Assembly (NCBI GenBank): GCA_038087875.1
Contig: CM075988.1
Span: 25,050,001-25,114,000 of the forward strand
Length of the DNA: 64,000 nucleotides
Direction: 5' to 3'
Source: Malacoraja senta
Taxonomy: Eukaryota
Below, in pieces: positions 51,051-63,077 of the stretch. Under the pieces are notes generated by a model. That model was not told the origin of the DNA. It worked only from the letters and a program-made list of their open reading frames with translations, and ran no database searches. A program made the position numbers and the translations under genes. Positions within the stretch are counted from its first letter, which is position 1, and each line of letters begins with the position of its first letter.

Positions 51051-51727
51051 TATAGATTTATAGTCATTGGTGGGTGGACTCAAAAGGAACTGAGGAGATA
51101 TTCCATTATACTTAAGTTTGTGGAAATCTGAAATCACTATCAAAGGCTTAGAAAATAGGTGCAGAAGTAGGCCATTCGCCCCTTCGTGCCAGCACCGCCA
51201 TTCAACATGATCATGGCTGATCATCCAAAATCAGTACCCCGTTCCGACTTTTCCCCCATATCCCTTGATCCCCTTAGCCCTAAGAGCTAAATCTAACTCT
51301 CTCTTGAAAACATTTGTGAGTGGCACACCCCTCACCATGTTTTAAATCCTGCAGGTTAATACAAATCAATTGCTCAACCAGCTTCATAAGTTCATAAGTT
51401 ATAAGAGCAGTATTAAGCCATTCGGCCCATCAAGTCTACTCCACCATTCAATCACGGCTGATCTATCTTTCCCTCTCAACCCCCATTCTCCTGCCTTCAC
51501 CCCATAACCCCTGACGCTTGAATGAACACTTGATTTGTCTTAACCTACAAGACTATGGACCAAGATTTGAAAGGAGAAGAATTACACTGAAAAGATTTCT
51601 CATTCCATCACGGATTTATCTGTTGATAAACTTTGAGGATTGTGTGATTTCCCCTTTTGTCAGATTTAGGAGCAGATTTGTGAAATAGACATCTAAATTG
51701 TAGATCAAACAGTATCGCCGATTTGAT

Positions 51728-51943
51728 CCGCGTCGGACTGGACATGAGTCGCTGAGCCGGCGAACCGAGTGTGGGATCACGTGGAATGTTGCGGAGATTG
51801 AGAAGATCCAAAAAGACGTCAGACCCGGCCCTGCTGGACTTCGCCATGAGCTCCTTTGCACTGCGGACAGCTCGCTCAGCCAGCACGTTCAATTGGGGGT
51901 ACTCCGGACTGCTGGTGATGTGCTTAGAATCCCATTCCTTTGC
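51728..51943 (-). mobile_element. Ty3/Gypsy integrase core fragment
   Basis: KEWDSKHITSSPEYPQLNVLAERAVRSAKELM...LDLLNLRNIPRDPTLGSPAQRLM (TSSP.YPQ.N..AER motif carrying the catalytic E). Confidence 0.85.
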
Positions 51944-52020
51944 AGATTAAATAGTCAACCTAGAATTTCCAGGGAACTTGCCAAAGCAACAGCATCACAT
52001 GTGGGTTGATGCCAACCAAG

Positions 52021-52821
52021 CGAGCGGGCAAGATCATCTCTGACCCCTCTCACCCTGGCCACAAACTCTTTGAATCACTTCCCTCTGGAAGGCGACTCCG
52101 GACTGTCAAAGCTGCCACAGCCAGACATAAAAACAGTTTTTATCCACAAGTAGTTGCTCTACTCAACAGCCAAAAATCTGTAGCTTCAAGGTCCAATTAA
52201 TCATTCCTTTTTTGTCCTTGAAACCTCACTTACATACCATATATTTCAATGCTTAGTTCTCCAGATGCACAATGGCATGCTTCAGATTAAGGAATTTAAA
52301 ATTAATTTCCGAGCAAAACAGCAAGGCTACTGGATGTAGAATGGCGTCGATATGTGTGTTTAGTCTCACAATTTATTGACACCTAATAGAGATATTTATT
52401 TAGTGCACATAGCTGCCATTGTCAACCAATAACTGCATGGATTAATGTGCCAGCTAATAACAAGAAGATGGAGTTGAGCAAATGGAGGCAGAAGATGAAA
52501 CCAGATTTGGCAACTTTGGAAAATGCATCTGATTGTTGCTCAAATCCAGCATTGTCATTAACAGTTTTTATCCATGAGTAGTTGCTCTACTCAACAACCA
52601 AAAATCTGTAGCCTCCCTTTGATCTGGTATTTTGTTGGTTCACATGCTTGATCAATGGTGTTTTATCATTAATGTTTTATTATTATTAATATTTAGTGTT
52701 TTCTGAGTCATTCGTAACTGTCACTGTATGTCATGTCGTTACTTGTGGGCGGAGCACCAAGGCAAATTCCTTGTATGTGAATACTTGGCCAATAAACTTA
52801 CTTACTTACTTACTTACTTAC
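52021..52821 (+). mobile_element. Rex1/Babar-type LINE 3' end interrupted by the inverted duplication
   Basis: RAGKIISDPSHPGHKLFESLPSGRRLR; (ctta)n tail. Confidence 0.9.
52187..52560 (-). repeat. Inverted copy of 47614-47989
   Basis: Reverse-complement match, flanked by the direct repeat 52133-52187 / 52561-52615. Confidence 0.95.
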
Positions 52822-52919
52822 TTTCAGCCCAAAGGACAGGCCATTTTCAGCATCCTCTTGTTCCTTCATCCATCCAACTAAGTTTGTCAAAGATGCTCAT
52901 TGTCATTTCACTGTCCTGA

Positions 52920-53292
52920 TGCGAATAATGGAAGGCCGACATAGAATTGATGTGGAGAGGACATTTCCAGTAGTGGGAGAGTCTAGGACCAGAGGGCACA
53001 GCCTCAGAATTAAAGGACGTAACTTTAGAATGGAGATGAGCAAGACTTTCTTTAGCCAGAGGGTGGTGAATCTGTGGAATTCATTGCCACAGATTGCGCG
53101 GAGGCCAAGTCACGGGGTAGTTTTTAAGCGGATATTGATCATTTCTTCGTTATTACGGGGATCAAAGATTATGGGGAGAAGGCAGGAGAATGGGGTCGAG
53201 AGGGAAAAATAGATCAGCCAAGATCGAATGGCGGAGTAGACCTGATGGACCAAATGGCCTAATTCTCCTCCCATGTCTTATGGTCTTATGGT
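52920..53292 (+). mobile_element. CR1 LINE 3' fragment
   Basis: GESRTRGHSLRIKG...FFSQRVVNLWNSLPQ. Confidence 0.9.
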
Positions 53293-53429
53293 CTAACACA
53301 CAATCTGGGTTTACCACATATATGTCAGTTCAGAATTGGATGCAGATGTTTCCACGCCTCTGGTGTGTTATGACAACTTCTGCTGGGAGATGTATAATTC
53401 AGTGCTCACGAGTGCTGTCCGTACATGTG

Positions 53430-53760
53430 AATGCACCTGCAGAACTTCAGTATAAGTTACACAAAGAAATGAAAACACGACTCTGCAGCATTTTCTTAAC
53501 CATGCTGTGCCTAATGGATATAAATAATAGTTTGATGTTATCGGATTCTCTTCAAGGAGACTCACAAAATCAATAATTCATGTCTGTCAGTTTTCCTCAG
53601 TTGCTATTGATTTGAGTTTGCTTCTTTTTATTTTTGCATTCTGTCGAGATTTGCAGGAAATGTGGTGGAAGGCATCAATAATCTGCTGTAAATCTTGGTC
53701 TAAACATGCCAGCTCTGCCAGTAAGGAAATTCAAAGCCACAGAAGAGTTTGTTTAAGACC
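53430..53760 (+). mobile_element. Possible decayed Gypsy gag (double Zn-knuckle) remnant
   Basis: Across frameshifts reads CRKCGGRHQ...C.SWSK.CQLC......RVCLR, resembling CxxCGxxH..C....CxxC...H...C. Confidence 0.4.
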
Positions 53761-54060
53761 AAATCGCACTCGTAGCCAAGCCGTTCCAGTACAGCTACAA
53801 CACAGGCATCAATCGGACGCTGTGGAAGATTGCCCAGATACGTCCTCCTGCCCACAAGAAGCAGCACGGATCCAACCCATTTCGGGAATCTCCAAGAGAC
53901 GCCTTGCCGGCCCCCCGCTAGAAGAACCCTGCAGACCCCAGAGGCCACCGAGACATGACCGGTAGGATTGAGCTGGCAACGATGGACTCGACTGGCTGGG
54001 AGCATAGCTGGTGGGAGAGGAGAGGGAACCGGGATCTGGGATCTGGCGTACCAGGTCGGT

Positions 54061-54498
54061 ACATAGAAACATAGAAAGTAAGTGCAGGAGTAGGCCATTC
54101 GGCCCTTCGAGCCAGCACCGCCATTCAATATGATCACGGCTGATCATCCAGAATCAGTACCCCGTTCCTGCTTTCTCCCCCATATCCCTTGATTCCCTTA
54201 GCCCTAAGTTATATTTAACTCTCTCTTGAATACATCCAGTGAATTGGCCTCCACTGCCTTCTGTGGCAGAGAGTTCCACAGATTCACAACTCTTTGGGTG
54301 AAAAGGTTTTTCCTCATCTCAGTCCGAAATGGCCTAACCCTTATTCTAAAACTGTGATCCCCCTGGTTCTGGACTCCCCCAACATTGGGAAAATTTTTCT
54401 TGCATCTAGCCTGTCTAATCCCTTAAGAATTGTATGTTTCTATAAGATTCCCTCTCATCCTTCTAAATTCCAGTTAATACAAGCCCAGTCGACCCATC
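54061..54498 (-). mobile_element. CR1 LINE 3' fragment
   Basis: Similar to 9170-9610. Confidence 0.9.
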
Positions 54499-54844
54499 CA
54501 ACAGCTGGATAAACTCAATGAGTCCGGCAGCATTGTTAAAACATTGTGATGGATTGTACCGATCCATTCGGTACAAAGATGTCCCGTGGATGGGCGAGGA
54601 GAGGGATGTTGGTTCGCCGGTCAACCAGCAGGTCCAAGGGATGGCGACGGCTGGAGGCCCGCAGCGGCCTGGGGCTTGCCTGGAAGTGGGACCATTACAC
54701 CCAGAGAGTGGGCTGGAATTGGAAAATGGCTTCAAAACATGGCGCCTCTTGCACGGGGGATCAGTAGACGATTTCTGTACAATTTGCGGGTGTTGTATAA
54801 AGGGGGTGAGGGAGCCCGGGGTGGATCAGGAGTTTGGACGTTCT

Positions 54845-55055
54845 ACCTGTGACCGCGTGGGTTTTCTCCAGGGGCTCCGGATTCCTCCCGCACTCAAAAG
54901 ACGTAGAGGTTTGTAGGTAAATTGGCTTTGGTAAAACTGTAAATTGTCCCTAGTGTGTGGAGGTAGGATACCGGTGATCGCTGGTCGGCGCGGAATCGGT
55001 GGGCCAAAGGGTCTGTATCCATGCTGTATCTCCAAAGTCTAATGTAAAGTCTAAA
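54845..55055 (+). mobile_element. V-SINE 3' part
   Basis: V-domain and tail. Confidence 0.75.
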
Positions 55056-55881
55056 TTCAACTCCTCACCAGTTGGCTCCCCATTTGGCTCCACCCCCCAC
55101 TCCTCACCTTATTTCACCTTTCACCTTCCAGTTATTGCATCGCCCCTCTCTCTCACTGCTTTACACTCCCTCCCCTCCACACTCTACACTGATGCAGGGT
55201 CCTGACCTGAAACATCGACCACCCCTTGTGTCTTCACAATGCTGCCAGCCAGACACATTGAATTTCTCCAGCAGATTGTGTCTTTGCCCCAGAGTCCAGC
55301 ACCTGCAGTCTCTTGAATTTCCATCCGAATTCCAGACCCTCGTCTGAGGATTGTCGAAGGAAGTGTTTTTTTATTTCATGGAAGTTTCACAGAATCTGCA
55401 TTCATGGAAGCTTGTTAGAATTACAAAGATTTTGACCCAATTATCGCAGCTCATTCTTCAATGAGAGAAAATGCAGGATTTATAACCCAAATTTGCACTG
55501 CAAATTGACAGAGGAATTTACATAAATCATATGAATCCTGATCTCAACGCAATCTTCTCTGTGAGAGAGGGAGAGAGGGCTTGCAGACAGTGTAAACCTT
55601 CTGCGGAAAACCCACATCTGGATTTCTTTCAAATTACTGCTGATTTATTCAACTCTGCAGTTGATTTTAAACTGCTGTAATCTAGGGTTATGGCCCAGAA
55701 AATCTGCTGAGCAGTTAAAGGGATCAGTCCTGTTGGTGCCATCTATCGCTAATCTTGTAAGAGTTAGCAGGGTCAGTGAGCAGGCAGCTCGGGCGCAGTG
55801 AGTGAGTGACCTTCTGATGTACCCTTGCCCATTCAGGTTCACCGTCCTGCTGCCCACTCCGTTCAGTTTAGTTTATTGTCA

Positions 55882-57190
55882 ATAGACACAAAATTCTGGA
55901 GTAACTCAGCGGGACAGGCAGCTTCTCTGGAGAGAAGGATTCAAGATTCAAGTGAGTTTATTGTCATGTGTCCCTGATAGGACAATGAAATTCTTGCTTT
56001 GCTTCAGCACAACAGAACATAGAAGGCATTGACTACAGAACAGATCAGTGTGTCCATATATCATTATATAAATATATACACACATGAATAAATAAACTGA
56101 TAAAGTGCAAATAACAGATAATGGGCTATTAATGTTCAGAGTTTTGTCCAAGCCAAGTTTAATAGCCTGATGGCTGTGGGGAAGTAGCTATTCCTGAACC
56201 TGGTCATTGCAGTCTTCAGGCTCCTGTACCTTCTACCTGAAGGTAGCAGGGAGATGAGTGTGTGCCCAGGATGGTGTGGGAATGGGTGACGTTGTGGGTC
56301 GAGACCCTTCTTCAGACCCATCGTCAGGAGAGACAGAGTTACAGAGATGAGGAAGTGTAAGAGATGAAAAAAGATCAAGGAGAATGTAGAACAGACCTTT
56401 GTTAGCTCGGAGGTGACAACGAAGCAGACAGAGATAGCATGTAATCAGAGGGACAGTCAGACTGGTCGGAGAACTGGGAAGAGGGAGGTTGAACACAAAA
56501 TGCTGGAGTAACTCAGCGGGACAGGCAGCATCTCTGGATAGAAGGAATGGGTGACGTTTCGGGTCAAGACCCTTGTTCAGACTGAGTCAGGGCAGGGGGA
56601 GATACAGAGATAAGGAAGATTAAGGTGTGAAAATTAGACAAAGGGGGTGGAGATCAAGGCAAATGTAGAATAGATCATTGTTAGCAAGGAGAAGGTAACA
56701 ATGTAGCAAATAGATAAAATATAAATGAGGACAGTCAGACTCGTCGGAGAAATGGGAAGGGGGAAGGGATGGAGAGAAAGCAAGGGTTAGAAAAGTCAAT
56801 ATTTATACCGCTGCCGAAGGTACAGTGAAAAGCTTTTGTTGCGTGCTAACCTGTCAGCGGAAAGACAATACATGATTACAATCGAGCCATTTACAGTGTA
56901 TAGATATATGATAAGGCAATAATGTTTAGTGCACAGTAAAGCCAGTCAAGTCTGATCAAGCAAGGTCACCAATGAGGTAGATAGTAGTTCAGGACTGCTC
57001 TCTGGTTGTGGTTGGATGGTTCAGTTGCCTGATAACAACTGGGAAGAAACTGTCCCTGGATCTGGAGGTGTGTGTTTCCACACTTCTGTACCTTTTCAGA
57101 CTTCTATACCAGGGTGCGACTCATCCTTGAGTATGCTGCTGGCCTTGCCGGGCAGCTTGAGGTATAACTAGTCAATGGAAAGGAGGTTGA
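55882..57190 (-). mobile_element. Nested cluster: PLE termini and ORF-end UTRs (55882-55940, 56278-56815) interleaved with Rex/Babar 3' ends (55940-56280, 56815-57190)
   Basis: HHPGHTLISLLPSGRRYRS in ORF 56136-56378; PLE UTR matches 6130-6310; hammerhead-like cores at ~56286-56317 and ~56551-56583. Confidence 0.8.
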
Positions 57191-57879
57191 TGCCTACATG
57201 ACTCCATAAGGTGGAGAGGTAGGGGGGCATGTGGAAAGCAGCACCACGATGGTGGAGACAAGAAAATCAGGAGTGCCCGTGAAACTTTAATTGTTAAACT
57301 TCAACGAACTGCAGATGCTGCTTTACCAAGGAAAGACACGAAATGGTGGAGTAACTCAGCAGGTCAGGCAGCATCCCTAGAGAACATGAATGGGTGACAT
57401 TCCCGACCTGAAACTCCAGCATTTTGTGTCTAAGTTTTAATTGGAGCAGTTCATAAGTTCATGTTGTGGGAGCAGAATTAGGCCATTCAGCCCATCAAGT
57501 CTACTCCACCATTCAATCATGGCTGATCTATCTTCCCCCCTCAACCCCAGTCTCCTGCCTTCTCTCCAGAAACCGCTGACACCCGTACTAATCAAGAATC
57601 TGGGGATGATCAGCCATGATCACATTGAATGGCGGTGCTGGCTTGAAGGGCCGAATGGCCTACTCCGCCTTAAATTGAATAATGCATTGAATTTACATTG
57701 AATCCCCACCTTAAAAATATCCACTGACTTGGCCCCCACAGCCTTCCGTGGCAGTGAATTCCACAGATTCACCACCCTCTGACTAAAGAAATTCCTCCTC
57801 GTCTCCTTTCTAAAAGTTAAAACTCACGAGGCGTCATTTCAAGAAGGAAGTTCCCAAGTTCTGTGCTGAGGTGGTTGGA

Positions 57880-58380
57880 GTCAATAGACAATAGACAATA
57901 GGTGCAGGAGTAGGCCATCCGGCCCTTCAAGCCAGCACCGCCATTCAATGTCATCATGGCTGATCATCCCCAATCAGTACCCCGTTCCTGCCTTCTCCCC
58001 ATATCCCCTGACTCCGCTATTTTTAAGAGCCCCATCTAGCTCTCTCTTGAAAGCATCCAGAGAACCTGCCTCCACCGCCCTCTGAGGCAGAGAATTCCAC
58101 AGACTCACCACTCTCTGTGAGAAAAAGTGTTTCCTCGTCTCCGTTCTAAATGGCTTACTCCTTATTCTTAAACTGTGGCCCCTGGTTCTGGACTCCCCCA
58201 ACATCGGGAACATGTTTCCTGCCTCTAGCGTGTCCAAACCCTTAACAATCTTATATGTTTCAATGAGATTCCCTCTCATCCTTCTAAACTCCAGAATGTA
58301 CAAGCCCAGCTGCTCCATTCTCTCAGCATATGACAGTTCCGCCATCCCAGGAATTAACCTTGTAAACCTACGCTGCACTC
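57880..58380 (-). mobile_element. CR1 LINE ORF2 C-terminus and tail
   Basis: ORF 57974-58378, nearly identical to 10332-10740. Confidence 0.95.
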
Positions 58381-59384
58381 AGAGTCACAGTTGTTAATGA
58401 AGGTAGGAAGGTCAAGCAACCCGAGCGGGAAATATCCACAGATTTCAGATACGTATAGATGTGTAGAACAGGAAATAAAGAGACCCATGTTACAGTTCGA
58501 TACTGGGCTTCCCCTTTAACAGTTCTAGCTGTCTCCATTAAAACATTTTCTTCTCTCCCCCACACCCAATAATAGTACCAGTCTAACCATTCCAAGTATG
58601 TCGCAAAAGGAAAGAAACACAGACTGATGTTGGTCATCCATCGCAGCCTCAGAGTTTCTCAAACACTTGTGATTGAAATATTGGAAACAGCCAGTGTATG
58701 CGCGGCAAGCCGCCACGATTCATGCATAATTCTTCGTAATTTCTGCCAAAGGATCTAAAGGTGGGCTCGTGTTCAGATTGATCTGACTAATGAAAGATTT
58801 TCTGTGTGGAAACCAACTCACACCTGGTGCCAGCCACTCGTGGCCCTTTCACGTGTCTGTGCTAAAGCTCCATTACTGCTTCCTTGTTCCCTTACGATCT
58901 CACTCTCTCAATCACTCTAACCTCATGTAGCTCCATACCCCACTACCATTACTACACTGGTGAATCCGTGGGATTCATTGCCACAGAAGGCCCAGTCAAT
59001 GGATATTTTTATGGTGGATATTGATAGATTCTTATCAATTTTTGATGGAAGTCTGAGGTTTGAGATACAATTTCCTATTTTTGATGGTGCAACAACCAGC
59101 AATCTGTATTGTAAGACACCATGCACAGTGTGGAATATCTCTCGTCTTCTCTTTGCTCGTTCTAAGTGAACCTCCTCCATCTTTTCAGGCCTCCAAGAGC
59201 TCCATGCACTGTCCGCAACACGTCTTCAGACATGTCCCCTCTTCGTCCTCTCATATGCAGCTGATAATCCAAAACCCAAACTTTGGAATTTGCCATCCAA
59301 ACATTTACTCACTTGAAGGAGGTATGTTTTTTTAAAACCTACTTGATGCCATGGATTTTGCAGTCAGAGCAAAAGGCCAGTGTG

Positions 59385-60136
59385 CAAGAGCGGAACTCGC
59401 TATCAAAACATGGAGGGGACAGGGGGACACAATTTTTTGGCGGCCACGCGAGCATGCGCACTCACAGACACGCGCGAGGCTTTGGAGGCTCAATCCAGCG
59501 CTAAATGCAGCTCAACTCTGCCTGTATCACCGGGTTAACTACAGCCCTCTCTGGACTGACGGGATATCTGCGCTGCTTTTCCGCGCTGGCCATATTTCTC
59601 GCAAGTCCAGAAAGGGCTATAGGCTCACCTGGCGGGACAGGCAGAGTTGACCTGGTTTAGCGCCGTTTCTCTGCGCTGGCCGGTCTGATTCCCTACCAAA
59701 GATCCTATAGCGGAGGATCTTTGCTGCCGACCTCTCTGGGGGGGGGGGGGGCACTCGGGTGAGGACAGGACAGCGCCGGAGACCCGGCCGGGATCGATCC
59801 TGCCTGCGGATGAGGCGCAGGTCTGTGCCACGTCTCCCTCCTCCAATCACCGCACTCTATCCTCAGGCCCCCCCCGCCCACTCCTCCCTCCTCCAATCAT
59901 CGCGCTGAATTATCATGTCCCGCCCCCCTTGCCTGCTGACCGACGTCTCTCTCGTCCAATCGGCGACCTCGATCTTCAGTCCCACCCCCACTGTCTCGCG
60001 GAAAGCGGAGATTTCATCGGGTTTTAAAATCCGGATTACAAAAACTTGGGGGGGATCGTCCCCCACCTCTCAAAACATGGGGGGGACGTGTCCCCTCTGG
60101 CCCCCCCCCCCCCCCTCCCCGGGTTTTCTGCCCCTG
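59385..60136. mobile_element. Non-autonomous hAT-type DNA transposon (MITE)
   Basis: Perfect 8-bp TSD ccagtgtg (59377-59384; 60137-60144); imperfect TIRs caagagcggaa / ttctgcccctg; repeated tcaaaacatgg.ggggac subterminal motif. Confidence 0.8.
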
Positions 60137-60207
60137 CCAGTGTGGACTATATATACAAGGCGGTCAGGCAGAAACAGCGGGTCTCTTTTCCAATGTTGAA
60201 ACTACCA

Positions 60208-60530
60208 CAGTCTGAAGAAGGGTCCCGACCCAAAGCATGGCCTGTCCATGTCCTCCAGACACGAGGCCTGATCCGCTGAGTAACTCCAGCAATTTGTTTA
60301 AGAGGGAACTGCAGATGCTGGATTACACCAAAGATAGACACAAAATGCTGGAGTAGGGTGACGTTTCAGATCAAAAAACCTTCTGAAGAATCCCTTCGGC
60401 TCTGAAGAAGGGTCTCGACTCGAAACATCACCTATTCCTTTTGTCCAGAGATGCTGCCTGCCTCGCTGTGTTACTCCAGCGTTATGTTTGTTCTCAGCAA
60501 GTTATCAGCTTCTGCATTTCCTTGTGTCTA
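60208..60530. mobile_element. Cluster of Penelope-derived termini in mixed orientation
   Basis: ctgaagaagggtc cores at ~60212 and ~60402. Confidence 0.75.
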
Positions 60531-60999
60531 CCTCTACATGGGGATCTGTGAGCAGGTAAAACAAGGCTTTCCAAGCAATGGAAGAAACCTACCTGAACTA
60601 CGCATGCTTAAATATCTGTCATGTAGCAATGCCTCTTAATGGCCATGTGTGTTGGAAAATCAACACTTCTCTTGAGATGAATGTGGTAGTGTCGGTTTCT
60701 GGGCAGGATGACACCATTCCAGAACATCTGCCAGTCACTTCCCTTTGCAAGTCTAATGGTGACATTGTTCAGAAATGTGCCTGGTGCTGGACACTAATAA
60801 TCTAGGTTTCCATCTCTCTGCAGTGATGTTTCAATGGGGCTCTCAATGAATAGTTAAGCATCATAGCTGCATGCTGTTCCATTGGCCAAGTTAATGAGCC
60901 TATTGGGTACTATTGGGCTCACAGTAGCAGGGAATTGGTGGAGGAGTTGGGAACTCAGACCCCAATGTCTATTTTCAATATTTAGTTGCACACATGCAG

Positions 61000-61212
61000 A
61001 ATTTAGGCTTTAGAGATACAGCACAGAAACAGGCCCTTCGGCCCACCGAGTCCGTGCCAACCAGTGATCACCCCGTACACAAGCAAAACCCAAACGATCA
61101 CAGGGAGAACGTACAAACTCCATACAGACAGCATCCGTAGTCAGGATTGAACCCGTGTCTTGACAGCAACCTGTGAGGCAGCAACTCTACCGCTGCGCCA
61201 CCGTGCCGCCCT
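61000..61212 (-). mobile_element. V-SINE (internally deleted)
   Basis: Tail and tRNA head present. Confidence 0.8.
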
Positions 61213-61309
61213 GTCGTCAGTGTACGATCTACTCTATAATAACAAGTGGCGAGAATCTCATTTTATTCCCAATGCAGAACATGGGCCTCTATTTCCTGAT
61301 TTAAAGATA

Positions 61310-61760
61310 GAATACATAGAAAATACGTCTAGGAGTTGGCCATTCGGCCCTTGATCATGGCTGATCAGCCACAATCATTCCTGCCTTCTCCCCACATCCC
61401 TTGATTCCGTTCTATCTAACTCTCTTTTGAATCCATCCAGTGAATAGGCCTCCACTGCCTTCTGAGGCAGAGAATTCCACAAATTCACAACTCTCTGGGT
61501 GAAAAAGTTTTTCCTCATCACCGTTGTAAATGGCCTACCCCTTATTCTTAAACTGTGGCCCCTGGTTCTGGACTCCCCCAACATCGGGAACATGTTTCCT
61601 GCCTCTAGTGCGTCCAAACCCTTAATAATTTTATATGTTTCTATAAGATACCCTCTCATCCTTCTAAATTCCAGTGAATACAAGCCCAGTCGTTCCATTC
61701 TTTCATAAAATGACAATCCCGCCATCCCGGGAATTAACCTGGTGAAACTACGCTGCACTT
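61310..61760 (-). mobile_element. CR1 LINE ORF2 C-terminus
   Basis: VQRSFTRLIPGMAGLSFYERMERLGLYSLEFRRMRG... Confidence 0.92.
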
Positions 61761-62116
61761 CCCGACGGGCCGCGCGGCCGGAAGGTTTCCCGACGGGCCG
61801 CAGCTGTGGACTGGGAACGCAGCCGGAGGCCTTTATCGAGGCACCGTGGTCTTGATGCCTCCCGGATCTGTCTTGCTGAGAGGGAAGGGGAAGAACAATG
61901 GACAATGGGGGGGGGGGGGACAAAGGACAACGAGGACCTGGCGTGGGGGAACCGCTGTGGTGGGGGGGGGGGGGGTGGGAGGGTGGACAAAAGGGGGAGC
62001 CGGGCGTGCTTTGTACCTTTGTCCGCGCCATAGGTGGCTGCTGTTTGTATACATTGTGTATGCAAGCAAAGAATCTCACTGTGCCTAGTCACATGGGACA
62101 ATAAAGTATTCCTATT
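61761..62116 (+). mobile_element. GC-rich retroposon 3' part with Rex/Babar-like end
   Basis: Ends gcaagcaaagaatctcactgtgcctagtcacatgggacaataaagtattc. Confidence 0.6.
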
Positions 62117-62754
62117 CAACAGCAAAACTGTTTCACGTTTTGTTTCTGAACACTCAGTATCCAACTTTGTTTGGTAACACTCCTGTGTATGTCTTGGAAT
62201 GTTTAACTGGGTTAAACAATGGTATATTAATGTGAGTTGTAGCTGTTGGCTGCTGGAGGGGCTGCGACTGGAATAGAATGTACATTGATTGTGCCAGAAG
62301 GTTTTGCTTGGTCAGAGATTCCAGAGAGTGCAGATAAACACGGCCAATTTGCAAAGCTTTGTCCCGCATTCAATCAGCAATTCGATCAAATCAAAAACCA
62401 ACAGAAAGCACTTAACTACAAACATATTACATAAAATAGATTCAGGCTCCAATGCAGCAACATTGGACTTTTGGCTTTTAATTTGCAATTGCATACCTTT
62501 TACTCGCCGTTTTCTCCATTTATCTCCAGAAAAAGGACAAACTGTCGGGTGGGGAGTGGAGAGAAAAGGGAGGTGGCAGAATTTTAAAACTTGCATGTAA
62601 CTAACGATGTTAATATTGTAAAATGTCCCAAGGTGCGATGAATTTTTATCTTCTCATGGGACGTGGATATCGCAGACAAGGTTAAGGTTAAAAGTCTTTC
62701 CGTAACTTCTTTGGGCAGGCATGGTGGTGCAAGATTTGGAACAATGCAATTGTA

Positions 62755-63030
62755 GTGGTAGAGTTGCTGCCTCACAGCTCCACAGACCCAGGTTCGATCC
62801 TGACTACAGGTGTTGTCTGTGCAGAGTTTGTACGTTCTCTCTGTGACCATGTGAATTATCTCTGGGTGCTCCGGTTTCCTCCCACATTCCTGTCGTATAG
62901 GTTTGTAGGTTCTGTAAATAGCCCCTAGTGCATAAGATGCAAAAGTAGGAACATATAGAACTAGTCTATGGGGTGATCGATGGGCCAAAGGGCCTGTTTC
63001 CATGCTGTATCTCTAAACTAAGCTAAACAA
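62755..63030 (+). mobile_element. V-SINE
   Basis: B box, V-domain, (ctaaa)n tail. Confidence 0.85.
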
Positions 63031-63077
63031 ATTGCCCGTCGGATGGCTGTGTAACATCCTGGAGAGTTCCGAGTTGT

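Noticed and set aside
50654..51055. Exon-like segment after ttttccccttgcAG
   Set aside because: Better explained as part of the decayed RTE LINE.
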